Sequence record: PQ287642.1
DNA: 64,000 nt
Direction: 5' to 3' (one strand)
The translations under genes were made by a program, and so were the position numbers. Each line of letters begins with the position of its first letter. Position 1 is the first letter of the stretch. Below the pieces are notes generated by a model, which worked only from the letters and a program-made list of their open reading frames with translations, was not told the origin of the DNA and did no database searches. Shown here piece after piece: positions 61,844 through 64,000 of this stretch.

Positions 61844-63469
61844 TTAAGAGACAAAACGTTGTTGAGCTTTGTCAATAAGTTCACGATCTTCTTCACGTCG
61901 TTCAACCAATCCGTCGTATCTAACTCCGACGAAGAGGTTTAGTCGGCCACGACCATCCGGGTTGTTTTTCGGTTGGTTTTTGTATTGGCCCACCTCCGCG
62001 ATCGAAGCGTGGATTAAACGAGAGCTATCACCGATTAGTGATTTGTTGTGTGCTTTAGAAGTCTTCGCGCGATCCTGCGGTACAAGGATCGAGGTTACTT
62101 TAATAACCTTGCTATCACCAGGAGACGACAGTGTGTCGAGCTCACCGTGTTCACTGGTAAGTTTCTTAATGCACGTATTGAGTTTGAATGAACGTTTCAG
62201 GGCATCGTTGATTTCCTGTCCAGTCCACTCTTTATCTTTACGACCTTGGAACGTATACGCAAACATGGAGACAGCATAGTTAAACTCTGCCATCACATAC
62301 CTAAGAATACTCAGGCGTTTGTCGTACATACTAGTTTCATCAATGTCAGTGGCATACAGATGGTGTGCCATATCTGTCATGATCGCATATAGCAGTTCCC
62401 AGATGGTATTGACTTTCACTCCAACTGAACGAAGTTCTTCAATAGTCATCTCATCCAGAGAGTTGTTGAAGCTATCCAGGTGAGATTCAATGTTCTCAGC
62501 AATTTTACCTTGGTGCTCGAAGTCACCAAAGATCATCAGACCGAGAATGATTCGCCATAGCTGTTTATTATCCATGTAGCTCGGCTCGTAAAACCGGCTT
62601 GGGAATGCATCTACGACGTACCAGAACCCTGCAACGAGTCGACGGACAAAGTCTGTCTCCTTGTCTTTGGGTAGAACCAGAACCATATCTCCAGTTGGAT
62701 GACGACGTTTCAGAACCGCAGATTCATAAACGTTCCATTGATCACGCGGATACTGGGACTCAGGAAAGTCTTTCAGATATCCAATTTGAATATCTACTCC
62801 AGCCCAACGCTTGAACGTTTCAACGACACCAAACTCACAGAAGAAGTAATGTGCAAGACACGACTCGATGTGCTGCCGGTTATCCAGATCACGTTTAGTG
62901 CGCTTAGACATTTCGTTGTGAATCTGAGACCAGATCACATACATCACTTCACGCTGACCATTACACATGTAGTGGTGGTCAACTTGCTTAAACGTCAGTT
63001 TGGCACGCCGGAATGGAATGAAGATACTGCCATTCAATACCGAGAAGCCAACATCAGTCAACACCGGAGAGATCGAATAGGTTGCACCATTGAGCGTACA
63101 GATACCACCATCACGAACATATGGCAATAGTACCCTTCGTGGGAACATCATTTCGCCTTTATAGCTAGTGATCAGCTCGATCATGTACGTATTACTCTCG
63201 GCGATATTTGCTACACGCTTAGAGCCATACTCACGGGTTATCTCTTCGAAATGAACTTCGGGTTTACACAGACGGTTTCCATGATACTTGAAGTCAGCAG
63301 GGAATAGCGCCGAGTTGATTTCAAACAACTTATCAACATATGCACGAGTTGCGTTCATGCCTGTTTCTGGGTTGATCTCCATCATGTGCTTTACTGCAAG
63401 CCCATTGGCTAAATCTTTATTTAGCTTGGGTATGACACCATCAATCCTACTGATTACGTACGGGTCCAT
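61844..63469 (-). CDS. rpoB: Non-virion RNA polymerase beta subunit, N-terminal part (phiKZ gp123-like)
   Basis: Strong match to recalled gp123: SPVLTDVGFSVL..SIFIPFRR.KLTFKQ.DHHYMCNGQR..MYVIWSQIHNEM and HASIAEVGQYKNQPKNNPDGRGRLN. Confidence 0.93.
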   Translation of the reverse strand: MDPYVISRIDGVIPKLNKDLANGLAVKHMMEINPETGMNATRAYVDKLFEINSALFPADFKYHGNRLCKPEVHFEEITREYGSKRVANIAESNTYMIELITSYKGEMMFPRRVLLPYVRDGGICTLNGATYSISPVLTDVGFSVLNGSIFIPFRRAKLTFKQVDHHYMCNGQREVMYVIWSQIHNEMSKRTKRDLDNRQHIESCLAHYFFCEFGVVETFKRWAGVDIQIGYLKDFPESQYPRDQWNVYESAVLKRRHPTGDMVLVLPKDKETDFVRRLVAGFWYVVDAFPSRFYEPSYMDNKQLWRIILGLMIFGDFEHQGKIAENIESHLDSFNNSLDEMTIEELRSVGVKVNTIWELLYAIMTDMAHHLYATDIDETSMYDKRLSILRYVMAEFNYAVSMFAYTFQGRKDKEWTGQEINDALKRSFKLNTCIKKLTSEHGELDTLSSPGDSKVIKVTSILVPQDRAKTSKAHNKSLIGDSSRLIHASIAEVGQYKNQPKNNPDGRGRLNLFVGVRYDGLVERREEDRELIDKAQQRFVS

Positions 63470-63477
63470 CACCCCTC

Positions 63478-64000
63478 CTATCGCTTTCGGAATATCTTTT
63501 CGAGCAATGCATCTGCCTTGGCTACTTCAGCTAAGAAGTCCACGACAGTTCCAACTGATATATCCCTAAACAGGATGATATCTCTCACAGCCAAAGGTTC
63601 GAGTTCTTCGTCGTATAGATGTCGATGGAACATATCAAAACAATCCATACGTCTCTGAGCATCTTCCTTTGACATTCCTTTTGTACTTTCCTTTACAGCT
63701 TCTCTCCATTCACGTAAACTGGAATAGATGCCATACTTCTTAAAGTCTCCAGGTTTGATAACAATCGCTTTCGCATTATCCCGTCGTGCTGCAAATGTCA
63801 CATTACCCCTTAGGTTAATATGAATACCAACAGGCATATCTGGCATGAAGACAGGCTTTACCTCAAGTAGATCGCTGCCGAATGGCATAAATACACTTTC
63901 GGTTATACGCTCATCGTCTACGAAATAAGCAACAGTTGTAGTAGTAGTCCAGATGATATCTTCCTGACGGTAGAGTTCATCGTTCTTCGAGAAGAAACAA
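63478..64000 (-). CDS. C-terminal part of a gene truncated by the window end
   Basis: The frame of the 63478-63888 ORF stays open to the window end (CFFSKNDELYRQEDIIWTTTTTVAYF...), so 63888 is not the true start. Confidence 0.7.
   Translation of the reverse strand, partial: CFFSKNDELYRQEDIIWTTTTTVAYFVDDERITESVFMPFGSDLLEVKPVFMPDMPVGIHINLRGNVTFAARRDNAKAIVIKPGDFKKYGIYSSLREWREAVKESTKGMSKEDAQRRMDCFDMFHRHLYDEELEPLAVRDIILFRDISVGTVVDFLAEVAKADALLEKIFRKR

Noticed and set aside
1-64000. tRNA, rRNA, integrase or transposase genes
   Set aside because: No cloverleaf with T-loop/CCA, rRNA-like segment or recombinase/transposase motif was recognised by eye. tRNAscan-SE or ARAGORN would be needed to exclude them formally.

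Overview
This window is the structural/morphogenesis core of a phiKZ-related jumbo phage (Chimalliviridae-like, probably a Pseudomonas phage). It runs roughly from the phiKZ gp177 equivalent to the gp123 equivalent. phiKZ gp numbers come from recalled sequence resemblance and synteny, not from a database search. Recognisable genes: prohead protease, SbcC/Rad50 ATPase, tail spike plus PAAR, inner-head proteins, RNase HI, RecA/UvsX, a virion RNAP beta C-terminal subunit, collagen-like fibres, a gp144-type endolysin with a candidate spanin/holin cassette, RuvC, gp131-135-like tail proteins, portal, baseplate proteins and a non-virion RNAP beta subunit. The most notable observations are: (1) two tandem degenerate copies of the prohead protease that keep the His motif but have Ser->Gly at the nucleophile; (2) an apparently active plus a degenerate 2OG-Fe(II) oxygenase placed directly behind the tail-fibre genes of a phage with Gly-Asp-Lys collagen fibres; (3) a genome-wide family of CATA-stem-loop-TATG elements, three of them coupled to early promoters that bound accessory cassettes; (4) a tandem-domain ChmC-like protein; (5) an early gene with a ribosomal bL12-like C-terminus; (6) two separate spanin-like gene pairs. 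No tRNA, rRNA, CRISPR array, intron or transposase was recognised.
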